Assembly: GCA_046351255.1 (NCBI GenBank)
Contig: JAXLYU010000014.1
Coordinates: forward strand, 123,730 to 187,729
Reading direction: 5' to 3'
Length of the DNA: 64,000 nt
From: Labilithrix sp.
GTDB taxonomy: Bacteria; Myxococcota_A; Polyangia; Polyangiales; Polyangiaceae
Positions 54,575 to 64,000 of this stretch are shown here, piece by piece. The stretch's first letter is position 1. Each line of letters starts with the position of its first letter. A program made the translations under genes and the position numbers. The notes beneath the pieces were generated by a model. It had not been told where the DNA came from. It saw nothing but the letters and a program-made list of their open reading frames with translations, and ran no database searches.

Positions 54575-56410
54575 TCAGTTCGCCTCGTCGGGGCCGATGT
54601 CGATGGTGACGCCCTTCGGCCGCTTCTCGCCGTCGAAGTCGAGCGCGGGCGCGTCGGTGGCGGTGCCCTTGTCGAAGAGCGGCGAGGTGGCATCGAGATG
54701 GAAGGTCGCGTCGACCACGGGATCGAGGGCGAGGTTGTTCGTCGGCGCGGGCGTGGTCGGCACGGAGGCGGTCAGCTCGGCCGTCGTCTTGAGGTCGGTC
54801 GCCGTGGTGCCATTCCACAGGTGATAGAGGGCATCGGTCCGGTTCGCGGCGGGCGCGAAGAAGAAGTCGTTCGAGTCGAGCTTGTCCGGATGCGCGGTGC
54901 GCGTCGCGACCTGCTCCTCGAAGACTCCGTAGCGCGTCGAGTTGTTGCCGCCGAGGATGATGTTGTTCCGCACCCGTCCGATGACGGCGTTGTTCCCGCA
55001 TCCGCCGCCGCTGCAGATGCGCATCCAGACACCGGAGCTGACGGTGGGGTTGCCGCCCACCGCGATGCCTCCGCCCGCGCCGTCGAGGTAGTTGGCGTTG
55101 AGGACCACCGGTCCCGGCGTGCCTTCCGCCTCGGAGAGGAGGACCGCCGTGCTGCGCGCGGAGCGCACGCCGAAGACGACGTTGTTCGTGATCGTGGTGG
55201 TGGAGCTCAGGCTCGCGATGCCGCCACAGAGCGCGGTCGCGTTGCACAGGCCGGCGTTCGCGGTGTCGAGGTTGATGCGATTGCGATCGATGGTGAGGCT
55301 GGAGCTCACCTGGATGCCCCAGCTTCCGCCGTTGCCGGTCGAGGTGCCAGCGAGGATCGTGTTGTCCTGGATGAGCGTCGCAGCCGCGCTCGAGCTGGCC
55401 GCGATGCCGAAGCTCGACGCGCCGAGGCCGCCGCGAATGGTGTTGTTCACCACCCTGGCGATCGCGTTCGCGCCGCCGCCAGCCTTGCGCTCGAACGAGA
55501 TGCCGACCCACCCGTTCGAGGCGCTGCCGCCCTGGATACGGTTGGTATCGATCAGCGCGCCTGCCGGGTCGTTGCTGGGTGAGATGACGGCGATGCCGAC
55601 GGCGCGGCCGGCGCCACCATTCACGGCGCCCGGGTTGAACGTGTTGCCCTGAATCGTGGGCGAGCCACCGTCGAGGGAGAGGCAGTTACTGCTGTTCGCG
55701 GACCCCGTCGTCCCGTCCTTGCCGAGCACGCGGAAGCCTTCGAGCTTCGTCTTTCGCGTGATCGTGCTTCCGGCGAGCACGCCTTCGCTGTCCGTGTTGT
55801 TGATCGTGGTGAGGTTGCTCACCGCGTCCTGTGTCCACGTGCAGGACACCACGTTGCAGAGGTAGCCGCCGCTGACGCTCACGCCCTCGACGAGCGTGAC
55901 CTTCTCTCCATACGTTCCGCCCGCGACGAACACGGTCTGCGTCCCACCGAGCTTCACCGCGTTGGCGATGCCCTTCGTGATCGTCTTCACCGGCGCTGCT
56001 TTCGTGCCCGGGTTCGAGTCGAGGCCGATCGCGTTCGAGACGTAGGTGCCGATGGTGCCCGCGTCGGTCCCGGAGTCCGTGCCCGAGTCGACGCCGGAGT
56101 CGGTGACGCTGGAGTCCTTGCCCGCGTCCACGAGGCCGCTGCTGCCACCGTCGTTGCCGCCATCGACGCCGCCGGTGCTGCTGGAGCTGCTGCTGGTGAC
56201 GTCGTCGTCGTCGCCCGCGCCGCTGCTCGACGAGCCGGCGCCGGAGGAGCTGCTCGCGCTGCTGGTCGTGCCGCTGGTCGTGCCGCCGCTCGAAGCGTCG
56301 GGCTTGAAGGGCTCATCGATGTCGACGTTGGACGCTCCACCACAGGCTGCGGCCACGACGATGAGCACGAGCGCCGGCGCGAGGGCGCCCTGGCGAACGA
56401 AGCGTTTCAT
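54575..56410 (-). CDS. Right-handed parallel beta-helix repeat lipoprotein with Ser/Gly/Asp-rich linker
   Basis: MKRFVRQGALAPALVLIVVAAACGG lipobox with GGAGGG RBS; about 90 aa S/G/D/T low-complexity tract; repeated xNNxIxGG/IxxNxIxG rungs (VVNNTIRGG, IQDNTILAG, ITNNVVFG, VRNNIILGG). Confidence 0.6.
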   Translation of the reverse strand: MKRFVRQGALAPALVLIVVAAACGGASNVDIDEPFKPDASSGGTTSGTTSSASSSSGAGSSSSGAGDDDDVTSSSSSSTGGVDGGNDGGSSGLVDAGKDSSVTDSGVDSGTDSGTDAGTIGTYVSNAIGLDSNPGTKAAPVKTITKGIANAVKLGGTQTVFVAGGTYGEKVTLVEGVSVSGGYLCNVVSCTWTQDAVSNLTTINNTDSEGVLAGSTITRKTKLEGFRVLGKDGTTGSANSSNCLSLDGGSPTIQGNTFNPGAVNGGAGRAVGIAVISPSNDPAGALIDTNRIQGGSASNGWVGISFERKAGGGANAIARVVNNTIRGGLGASSFGIAASSSAAATLIQDNTILAGTSTGNGGSWGIQVSSSLTIDRNRINLDTANAGLCNATALCGGIASLSSTTTITNNVVFGVRSARSTAVLLSEAEGTPGPVVLNANYLDGAGGGIAVGGNPTVSSGVWMRICSGGGCGNNAVIGRVRNNIILGGNNSTRYGVFEEQVATRTAHPDKLDSNDFFFAPAANRTDALYHLWNGTTATDLKTTAELTASVPTTPAPTNNLALDPVVDATFHLDATSPLFDKGTATDAPALDFDGEKRPKGVTIDIGPDEAN

Positions 56411-56547
56411 AAGCCCTCCGAGGAACGCGCGCTCGTGCATGCCGCGTGCCTCGCGGGTTTTCGCCGATCTGCGCGCATGGGCCGAGCGTACCGACTCGAC
56501 CTCTTTTCGCGACCCGAAACTTTTTGCGAGGCGGCTAAGCTCCCCCG

Positions 56548-57006
56548 ATGCCGTCCGCGCGCGTCGTCGCTGTGCTGGTTGGTCTGGTCGCGGGATGTGC
56601 CGGCCGCCCCGATGGGCCACCGAGCGCGCCGATGATCGTCGCGACCGCGACACCGGTCGCCTCCGCGGCGCCTGCCGGATCTGCCCACCCGATCCCGCCA
56701 CCGGATCCCGAGCCGGCCGCCTCCGGGATCGCAGGGTCGACCTGGCGCTTCTGCGGCACGGCCAATGACACCGTCACCTTCGAGGCCAATGGCAGCGTGG
56801 TCTTTCGCAGGGATGGCGTCGCCAACGGCAAGGGCTTCACCTGCGGGAACGCGCGCTGGACGCAGGAGAACGATCGCCTGACCTTCGACTGCAATCAGTT
56901 CACGGAGTACGTCGTCACCGTCGCGCGCAAGGAGATGCGTGGCGAATGGCATCGCGTCCGAGATCCGAAGGATCGGGGGGCGACCTGCCTGCAGCGCGTC
57001 CCGTGA
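56548..57006 (+). CDS. Small hypothetical lipoprotein
   Basis: MPSARVVAVLVGLVAGCAG lipobox; 152 aa; paired Cys. Confidence 0.5.
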   Translation: MPSARVVAVLVGLVAGCAGRPDGPPSAPMIVATATPVASAAPAGSAHPIPPPDPEPAASGIAGSTWRFCGTANDTVTFEANGSVVFRRDGVANGKGFTCGNARWTQENDRLTFDCNQFTEYVVTVARKEMRGEWHRVRDPKDRGATCLQRVP

Positions 57007-57017
57007 CCAGCGCGCCC

Positions 57018-57422
57018 ATGCCTCCCGCGCCGCGCGCCGTGCACTTCATCCTCTACGTCCGCGATCAGCGCGCGAGCGCCGCGTTCTATCGAGCGATCCT
57101 CGACATCGAACCTCGGCTCGACGTGCCGGGCATGACCGAGATCGAGGTCGGTCGCGGGGTCGTGCTCGGGCTCATGCCCGAGGCCGGCATCCGGCGTCTG
57201 CTCGGAGACGCGCTCCCGGATCCAGCGGCTGGCCACGGCGCGTCGCGGGCGGAGCTGTATCTCGTCGTCGACGACCCAGCCGCGTATCACGCGCGAGCGA
57301 TCGCTGCGGGCGCGACCGAAATGAGCCCCCTCGCAGAGCGCGACTGGGGGCATCGCGTCGCCTACAGCCTCGACCCCGACGGCCATGTCCTCGCGTTTGC
57401 GGAGGACATGGCGCGCGCGTGA
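57018..57422 (+). CDS. VOC/glyoxalase-family protein
   Basis: AVHFILYVRDQRASAAFYRAIL...YLVVDDPAAYHARAIAAGATEM...GHRVAYSLDPDGHVLAF is the glyoxalase fold pattern; 134 aa. Confidence 0.65.
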   Translation: MPPAPRAVHFILYVRDQRASAAFYRAILDIEPRLDVPGMTEIEVGRGVVLGLMPEAGIRRLLGDALPDPAAGHGASRAELYLVVDDPAAYHARAIAAGATEMSPLAERDWGHRVAYSLDPDGHVLAFAEDMARA

Positions 57423-57473
57423 GCGCGAAGGCGCGGAGGCGCTGATTCGACGTGCCCCCGGTCCGACGCGACC

Positions 57474-58493
57474 TCACTCCGATGAATGCGACTCGCGGTG
57501 CCATTCCGCGGGCGGGCAGCCGTACCAGCGTCGAAACGCGCGGTGAAACGGCGAGAGCGACGAGAAGCCGACGAGGCGCGCGATCTCCGTCATCGGCCGG
57601 CGCTCGCGCAGGTACCGCGTCGTCAGTTCCATGCGGACCTGGTCGAGGATGCCGTGATGCGTGGTCCCCTCCGCCGCGAGGTAGCGCGCGAGCGTCCGCG
57701 TCGAGAGCCCGAGCCTCGCCGCGACGTTGTCCGCGAGGGGATTCCCGTCGGGGAGCTCGCGCAGCACGATCGCGCGTACCGAGGCCACGAAGTCCGTCGT
57801 GGTGAGCTGGTGGAGCGTCGCCGAGACGCGATGCTCGAGCGTCTCGTGGACGAATGGCTTCGAGGTCGCGAGCGGGATCGCGAGATCGGCAGCGCGGACC
57901 GCGAATCCGGCGCGCGGCGCGTCGAAGCGGACCACGGGCGAGAGCACGCGCTGGTGAGCGCTCGGATCCGGCGGCGCCGCGTGCGGGAGCATCACCTCGA
58001 CGGGCTCGAACGGCCGCGCCACGGAGTGCCGCAGCGCGCACAAAAGGGCGGCGACGATGTGCTCGGTGAGGATCGGAGCGCCGGCGACGGGCGCGAAGTG
58101 GAGGTGGCTCGTGGCAGCGCCGTGCTCGAGCGCCACGTCGATTGGGCCATACGCGACGGGCAGGCTCCGCGTGATCGCTTCGAGCGCCGCGCCGACGGTC
58201 GCGCTCGAGATCATGTGGTGCATGGCGAGGAAGTCGGTGGGCTGCTCCAGCGATCCCAGCGTGCGAAAGTCGATGAGCTCGGCGCTCACGAGGCCGAGCG
58301 TGGGATCGTCGAAGCGCGCCACAGCCCGCGTGAACGCGCGCTGCAGCCCCTCGGCGGGGACCCGGAGCTCGGGCTGGGCGAGCAACGCGGTCGTCAGGCC
58401 CGCGTCTGCGAGGAGCGTGGCCGCGTCGTATCCCGCTCTTCGCGCGTAGACGACGAGGGGAAGGAACGATCGAATCGATACCGTCGCATTCAT
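57474..58493 (-). CDS. AraC family transcriptional regulator
   Basis: C-terminal dual HTH: LADNVAARLGLSTRTLARYLAAEG...MTEIARLVGFSSLSPFHRAFRRWYGCPPAEW. Confidence 0.8.
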   Translation of the reverse strand: MNATVSIRSFLPLVVYARRAGYDAATLLADAGLTTALLAQPELRVPAEGLQRAFTRAVARFDDPTLGLVSAELIDFRTLGSLEQPTDFLAMHHMISSATVGAALEAITRSLPVAYGPIDVALEHGAATSHLHFAPVAGAPILTEHIVAALLCALRHSVARPFEPVEVMLPHAAPPDPSAHQRVLSPVVRFDAPRAGFAVRAADLAIPLATSKPFVHETLEHRVSATLHQLTTTDFVASVRAIVLRELPDGNPLADNVAARLGLSTRTLARYLAAEGTTHHGILDQVRMELTTRYLRERRPMTEIARLVGFSSLSPFHRAFRRWYGCPPAEWHRESHSSE

Positions 58494-58601
58494 CGTGAGG
58501 TGGTCCGGACGAGGGCCCGAGACGCACCGTATGCCGAGCGCGCCGCCGCTCGCCTCGATCACACGAACCCCAATGCCGGCTCAACAATCGCTAACACGGT
58601 C

Positions 58602-60524
58602 CTACGACGCGAGGAGCTCTGCGAGGCCGTCGAGCATGCTCGCGTCCTCGGTCGTCGCCGGGACGTCCCACGGATCGCCGTTGGCCATGAGACGAAGCGT
58701 ACGGCGGAGCGTCTTGCCGGAGCGTGTCTTTGGCAGGGCGGGGACGACGACGACGTGCTTGAAGCAGGCGACGGGCCCGATGCGATCGCGAACGAGCTCG
58801 ATCAGCTCCGCCTTGATGTTCGGGGCCGCGACTCCTTGTTTGAGCACGACGATCCCGAGCGGCATCTCGCCCTTCAGGTCGTCGCGGACGCCGATGACGG
58901 CGCTCTCCGCGACGGCGGCGTGCGTGGCCACCACCTCCTCCATCTCTCCCGTGGAGAGGCGATGGCCGGCGACGTTGATGATGTCGTCCGTGCGGCCCAT
59001 CACGAAGACGTAGCCGTCCTCGTCGATCACGCCTGCGTCGGACGTCGTGTAATAGCCGGCGTAGTCGGAGACGTAGCTCTTCACGAAGCGTTCGTCGTCG
59101 TTCCAGAGCGTGGGCAAGCATCCTGGCGGTAGCGGCAGGCGCAGCGCGAGGGTCCCCGTTGTCCCGCGCGGCAGCGGCGCGCCTTGCGAGTCGAGCACGC
59201 AGAGATCGAAGCCGGGCATCGCGTGGCCCGCGGAGCCGACGCGCACCGGGACCTCTCCGGGCGGCGAGGCGGTGATGGGCGCGCCCGTCTCCGTTTGCCA
59301 CCAGTGATCGATGACGGGAACGCGAAGGAGCTTCTCCGCCCACGTGAGCGTCTCCGGATCGCAACGCTCACCGGCGAGGAAGAGCGCGCGGAGCCGCGAG
59401 AGATCTCGTCCCGCGAGGAGCGCGCCCTCGGGGTCCGCGCGGCGAATGGCGCGATACGCGGTGGGGGCGGTGAACATCGTGACGACGCCGTACTCCTCCA
59501 TCACGCGATAGAACGCGCCCGCGTCCGGCGTCCCGATCGGCTTGCCTTCGTAGATGAGCGACGTGGCCCCGCGAAACAGCGGCGCATAGACGATGTACGA
59601 GTGACCGACGACCCAGCCGAAATCGGAGGCTGCCCAGAACACCTCACCGGGCGCGATCCGGTACACGTGCTCCATCGTGTGAGCGAGCATGACGGCGTGA
59701 CCGCCGTTGTCGCGCACGATGCCCTTCGGATGCCCGGTAGTGCCAGACGTGTAGAGGATGTAGAGCGGGTCGGTCGCATCGACGGGGACGCACTCCGCCG
59801 GCGTCGCCGAGTCCATGACCTCGTGCCAGTCCACGTCGCGCGGGGCGCGGAGCTCGCCTCGTAGCTCCTTCCGCTGGAGGACCACGCAGCGCGCAGGACG
59901 GTGCTGCGCCAGGTCGAGGGCCTGATCGACCAGCTCCTTGTAGTGCACCGTGCGTTGCGGCTCGAGACCGGCCGATGCACATAGGACGACCTTCGGCTTT
60001 GCGTCGTCGATGCGGGCGGCGAGCTGCGGCGCCGCGAAGCCTCCGAACACGACGGAGTGAACCGCTCCGAGACGCGCACACGCGAGCATCGCGATCGCGG
60101 TCTCGGGGATCATCGGCATGTAGATGACGACGCGATCCCCCTTCTCGACGCCGAGCGCGCGGAGACCTCCTGCCACGCGCGCGACGTGATCGCGCAGCTC
60201 GCGATACGTGATGCGCCGCTTCTCGCGGGCGAGCGGGCTGTCGTAGAGGAAGGCGAACCGCTCCCCATGACCAGCCTCCACGTGGCGGTCGACCGCGTTG
60301 TAGCAGGAGTTGAGTTTCGCTCCGACAAACCATCGCGCGAACGGAGGACGCCCGAAATCGAGCACCCGCTGCCACGGCTCGACCCAGTGAATCGCACGCG
60401 CGGCGCGCTCCCAGAACGCTTCGTCCACCATCCAGAGACCATGGATCGGGGGGTCGTCTCCGAGAAGCGGTTCCGTGCAACGCGCACCCTTTGCACGAGG
60501 AGCAATGACCACCCGAGTGACCAC
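58602..60524 (-). CDS. prpE: Propionyl-CoA synthetase (propionate-CoA ligase)
   Basis: Colinear with PrpE/Acs family throughout: FWERAARAIHW, PPFARWF, DRVVIYMPMIPE, YTSGTTGHPKG, WWQTETG, GRTDDIINVAGHRL, LPKTRSGKTLRR; start ambiguous (GTG at 60524 or ATG at about 60431). Confidence 0.85.
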   Translation of the reverse strand: MVTRVVIAPRAKGARCTEPLLGDDPPIHGLWMVDEAFWERAARAIHWVEPWQRVLDFGRPPFARWFVGAKLNSCYNAVDRHVEAGHGERFAFLYDSPLAREKRRITYRELRDHVARVAGGLRALGVEKGDRVVIYMPMIPETAIAMLACARLGAVHSVVFGGFAAPQLAARIDDAKPKVVLCASAGLEPQRTVHYKELVDQALDLAQHRPARCVVLQRKELRGELRAPRDVDWHEVMDSATPAECVPVDATDPLYILYTSGTTGHPKGIVRDNGGHAVMLAHTMEHVYRIAPGEVFWAASDFGWVVGHSYIVYAPLFRGATSLIYEGKPIGTPDAGAFYRVMEEYGVVTMFTAPTAYRAIRRADPEGALLAGRDLSRLRALFLAGERCDPETLTWAEKLLRVPVIDHWWQTETGAPITASPPGEVPVRVGSAGHAMPGFDLCVLDSQGAPLPRGTTGTLALRLPLPPGCLPTLWNDDERFVKSYVSDYAGYYTTSDAGVIDEDGYVFVMGRTDDIINVAGHRLSTGEMEEVVATHAAVAESAVIGVRDDLKGEMPLGIVVLKQGVAAPNIKAELIELVRDRIGPVACFKHVVVVPALPKTRSGKTLRRTLRLMANGDPWDVPATTEDASMLDGLAELLAS

Positions 60525-60647
60525 GTGATACCGCAGGTGACCGCCATTTTCTCGGTAGAATCATGAGGTTCCGCAAGCGCGACCGTGCGAATCTCCAGGG
60601 GTCGAGAGCGCGCACCCTTGCGCGCCGATATCTCGAGGAGGCCCTGG

Positions 60648-63600
60648 ATGCGCGTCCGATCGATCGTCGCATTGTTCTTTGCGAGCGCCATTGGCGTCGT
60701 CGTCGCGTGTGGCTCGGAGACGGGCCCCGATGGTGGCGGAACCAGCGGACAGGACAGCGGCTCGACGCAGTCGAGCACGGGCTTCATCAACGCCGACTCT
60801 TCGGCGGCAGATGCCACGAAGGAGAACACCGGCTGCCTCACCGACTGCGCCAAGCTCGGCGCGACGTGCGGTCCCGCGGGTGACGGCTGCGGTGGTCTCA
60901 TCCAGTGCGGTACGTGCGAGGCACCGGACACGTGCGGTGGCGGCGGCACTCCGAGCAAGTGCGGTGGAGGCACCTCGACGTGCAAGCCGAAGACGTGCGC
61001 CGACTACCCGGCGAAGTCGTGCGGTCCGCTCGCCGACGGTTGCGGTGGTCTCCTCGAGTGTGGCGAGTGCACCGCGCCCGAGTACTGCGGCGGCGGCGGC
61101 ACGAGCGTCTGCGGCGGCAATAGCGGATGCAAGCCGAAGACGGTCGCGGATTGCGGCGCGCAGAACTGCGGTCCGCTCGCGGACGGCTGCGGTGGCGTCG
61201 TGCAGTGCGGGACGTGCGGCGCGAACGAGAGCTGCGGCGCCGGCGGCGCGGGCAAGTGCGGTCCCGCGGGCGGCGGCACGTGTGTGCCGAAGACCTGTCC
61301 CGAGCTCGGCATCACCTGCGGTCCCGCGGGCGACGGCTGCGGAAATCAGCTCGAGTGCGGGACCTGTACCGCTCCGGCGACGTGTGGCGGCGGCGGCACT
61401 CCGAGCAAGTGCGGAGGCACGACGGGCTGTCAGCCGAAGACGTGCCCGCAGCTCGGCGCGACGTGCGGTCCGGCGGGCGATGGCTGCGGCGGCACCATTC
61501 AGTGCGGTAACTGCGATGCTCCCCAGACGTGCGGTGGCGGCGGCACCCCGAGCGCGTGCGGCGGTAACAACGCCTGCAAGCCGAAGACGTGCGCGGACTA
61601 CCCGGCGAACAGCTGCGGTCCGCTCTCCGACGGCTGCGGCGACATCCTCACGAACTGCGGCGTCGGCCCGGCCTCGAACTGCCCCGCGGGCACGATCTGC
61701 GGCGGCGGCGGTGTTCCGAGCGTCTGCGGCGGCGGCTCCCTCGACGGCGGCGTCGACAGCGGCGCCTGCACCACTGGTCTCTGCACGCAGCAGGTCAGCT
61801 GTCCCGGCGGCGGCACCACCACGCTCACCGGCACCGTCGTCAGCCCTCGCACGTGCGCGGGCGCGGTATGCAACGTCACGGCGCACGCCGGCGACGCGGA
61901 TCCGATCCCGAACGTCACCGTCTTCGTGCCCAACGGCGGCGCAGCAGCGGTGAAGCCGTTCACGGCCGGCGTCCAGTGCGACCAGTGCGGCGGCGCCGGC
62001 GCGCAGGACGGCGTCCTCGTCAGCACCACCACGGGCGCAGACGGCACGTTCACGCTGAGCAACGTACCGGTCGGCGCGAACATCCCCGTCGTCATCCAGA
62101 TCGGCCGCTGGCGACGCATCTTCACCATCAACGTGTCGAAGTCGTGCCAGGCGAACGCCGCGGGCGACCTCCACCTCCCGGCGAACAAGACCCAGGGCGA
62201 CATCCCGCTGACCGCGATCGGCACGGGCGCCGTCGATACCCTCGAGTGCGTGCTTCGCAAGATCGGCATCGAGGACGCGGAGTTCACGGCGCCGAGCGGC
62301 AGCGGTCGCATTCACCTCTACGTGGGCGACGCGGACCGCGACGGAAATCGCGGCCACCACGCCCGCAACGACAACACGTCGTGGACGACGCTCTATGGCA
62401 ATGCCACGCAGCTCGCGAAGTACGACCAGCTCATCTTCGACTGCAACGGCGACCCGTCGAAGGCGTCGATGAACGACGCCGACCGCGGCCGTCTGCGCGA
62501 CTACCTCAACACCGGCGGTCGCCTCTTCGCGACGCACTACGAGTACGTCTGGCTGAGCTCGTTCGCACCGTTCAGCGGCACGGCGCAGTGGCACGTCGAT
62601 CAGCCGAACGCCGGCAATCAGGCGGTGCTCGGTGACATCGACACGTCGTTCCCCAAGGGCGCGCTCTTCGCGTCCTGGCTCGGCAACGTGAACTCGCTCG
62701 CGCAGGTCTCGCCCCCGAAGATCAGCATGAACGTCTCGCGTCACGATCTCGATCCGCTGCCGGCGCCTCCGGGCACGGGCGTCGTCTCGCCGGCGCAGCG
62801 CTGGATCTCCGTCGACCCGAAGCTCCCGAACGGCAGCAACTTCCCGACGCAGAGCGGCGGGCAGACCCCGCAGCCGCTGACGAACTACGTCGGCGCGCCC
62901 CAGCACTACACGTTCAACACGCCGTGGGGCTCGCCGGCCGCGAACCAGTGCGGTCGCGTCCTCTACAGCGACTTCCACGTCCTCAACGCGAGCCTCGACG
63001 GCGACCGCTTCCCGAACGGCTGCGGCGGCAGCCGGACGGATCCGCTCTCGCCGCAGGAGAAGGTCATCGAGTTCATGCTCTTCGACCTCGGCTCCTGCAT
63101 CACGCCGGACAATCCCGTCCCGCCTCCCTCGTGCACGCCGCTCAAGTGCCCGACGACGCCGGGCACCTGCGGTCAAATGGCGGACGGCTGCGGCGGCGTC
63201 CTCTCCTGCGGCACCTGCACGAAGCCGCAGACCTGCGGCGGCGGCGGCACGGCCAATGTCTGTGGCGGCACCGGCTGCACGCCGCGCACCTGCACGCAGG
63301 CGAACGCGAACTGCGGACCCGTCGCCGACGGCTGCGGTCTCATCCTCGACTGCGGAACCTGCACCGCTCCGCAGACCTGCGGCGGCGCCGGCGTCCCGAG
63401 CCAGTGCGGTAACCCCACGTGCCTCGCGACCACCTGCGCCGAGCAGGGCATCCGCTGCGGTCCGGCGGGCGACGGCTGCGGCCATCTCCTCCAGTGCGGT
63501 GACTGCACGGCGCCGCTCACCTGCGGCGGTGGCGGCTCGCCCGGCGTGTGCGGCAACTCCACGTGCAAGCCGCTCACATGCACGGCGCAAGGCATCGAGT

Positions 63601-64000
63601 GCGGTCCGGCCGGCAACGGCTGCGGCGGTCAGCTCGAATGTGGTGACTGCCCGTCCGGCCAGGTGTGTGGCGGCGCGGGTCCGAGCAAGTGCGGAAGCGG
63701 CACCTGCGTCCCGCGCACCTGCGCGCAGGCCGGCGCGAACTGCGGTCCGATCGGCGACGGCTGCGGCGGTCAACTCGATTGCGGACCGTGCTCCCAGGGA
63801 CAGAGCTGCGGCGGCGGCGGTACTCCGAACGTCTGCGGTGGTTGCACGCGCACGAGCTGCGCGGCGATCGGCGCCGAGTGCGGTCCGATCGGCGATGGCT
63901 GTGGCGGCATCATCGACTGCGGCGTGTGCACGAAGGCCGGCGACACCTGCGGTGGCGGCGGCATCGCGTTCAAGTGCGGTCAGGTCGGCGTCCACTGACC
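60648..64000 (+). CDS. Giant secreted Cys-rich repeat protein (more than 1117 aa, 3'-truncated by window end)
   Basis: GAGGAGG RBS; signal/lipobox MRVRSIVALFFASAIGVVVACGSE; six N-terminal and six or more C-terminal copies of an approximately 48 aa unit C-xPKTC-x5-CGPxxDGCGGxxxCGxCxxPxxCGGGGxPxxCGG flanking an approximately 450 aa central domain; no stop before the window end. Confidence 0.7.
60830..61765 (+). repeat. Cys-rich repeat array 1 (six units of about 144-150 nt)
   Basis: Near-identical DNA segments, e.g. acgtgcggtggcggcggcactccgagcaagtgcgg occurs in units 1 and 4; tgcggtcccgcgggcgacggctgcgg recurs. Confidence 0.65.
63130..64000 (+). repeat. Cys-rich repeat array 2 (six or more units, continues past window end)
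   Basis: Repeats CxPxTC...CGPxxDGCGGxLxCGxCxxPxTCGGGGxPxxCG read from translation. Confidence 0.65.

Noticed and set aside
60561-63995. 1144 aa minus-strand ORF antisense to the Cys-repeat gene
   Set aside because: Ala/Arg-rich antisense frame kept open by GC3 bias. The sense strand has an RBS, a signal peptide and a coherent repeat structure.
1-64000. tRNA, rRNA, CRISPR and mobile-element scan
   Set aside because: I found no cloverleaf-compatible 70-90 nt segments in intergenic regions, no repeat-spacer arrays, and no transposase or integrase-like ORFs by eye. A proper tRNAscan/Infernal run is still advisable.

Overview
This is a 64 kb, roughly 70% GC bacterial chromosomal segment. Codon bias is strongly GC3, so non-coding frames stay open for kilobases and many of the large ORFs in the supplied track are overlapping-frame artefacts. 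Gene content points to a myxobacterium of Sorangiineae/Polyangiaceae type: several membrane Ser/Thr kinases, FHA-domain sigma54 enhancer-binding proteins, RCC1 and PQQ beta-propeller proteins, a TIGR02996 'repeat-companion' protein, giant Cys-rich repeat proteins, and many lipoproteins and secreted hydrolases. I support about 55 protein-coding genes. I could not identify any rRNA, tRNA, CRISPR array, transposase or integrase by eye. The most notable content is as follows. (1) A seven-gene, translationally coupled signalling operon at 34.5-43.2 kb: a transmembrane HAMP-Hpt-CheA-type kinase without a CheW-like domain, a TonB-dependent-receptor-like outer-membrane protein, a YfiR/DUF4154 periplasmic protein, a CheX-like protein, a CheY, a REC-GGDEF-EAL protein whose receiver carries Glu at the phospho-Asp position, and a CBS protein, closed by a terminator. 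(2) Two paralogous three-gene modules (membrane Ser/Thr kinase, secreted two-TM 'PEGA-like' protein, FHA-sigma54 activator) in permuted gene order on opposite strands. One of the two activators has lost the GAFTGA sigma54-contact segment. (3) A gene for a secreted protein of more than 1100 residues built from two arrays of an approximately 48-residue, 8-Cys repeat around a central globular domain; it runs off the window edge. (4) A glutaminase gene translationally coupled to a TIGR02996-domain protein. (5) An nnrS-membrane protein-cytochrome c trio. (6) A propionyl-CoA synthetase/AraC pair. The remainder is largely a myxobacterial-style secretome: phospholipase C, M13, M23 and S1 peptidases, an SGNH hydrolase, a GH13 amylase, beta-helix lipoproteins and c-type cytochromes. 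Manually indexed non-CDS coordinates may be off by 1-2 nt. CDS coordinates are derived from the supplied ORF boundaries.
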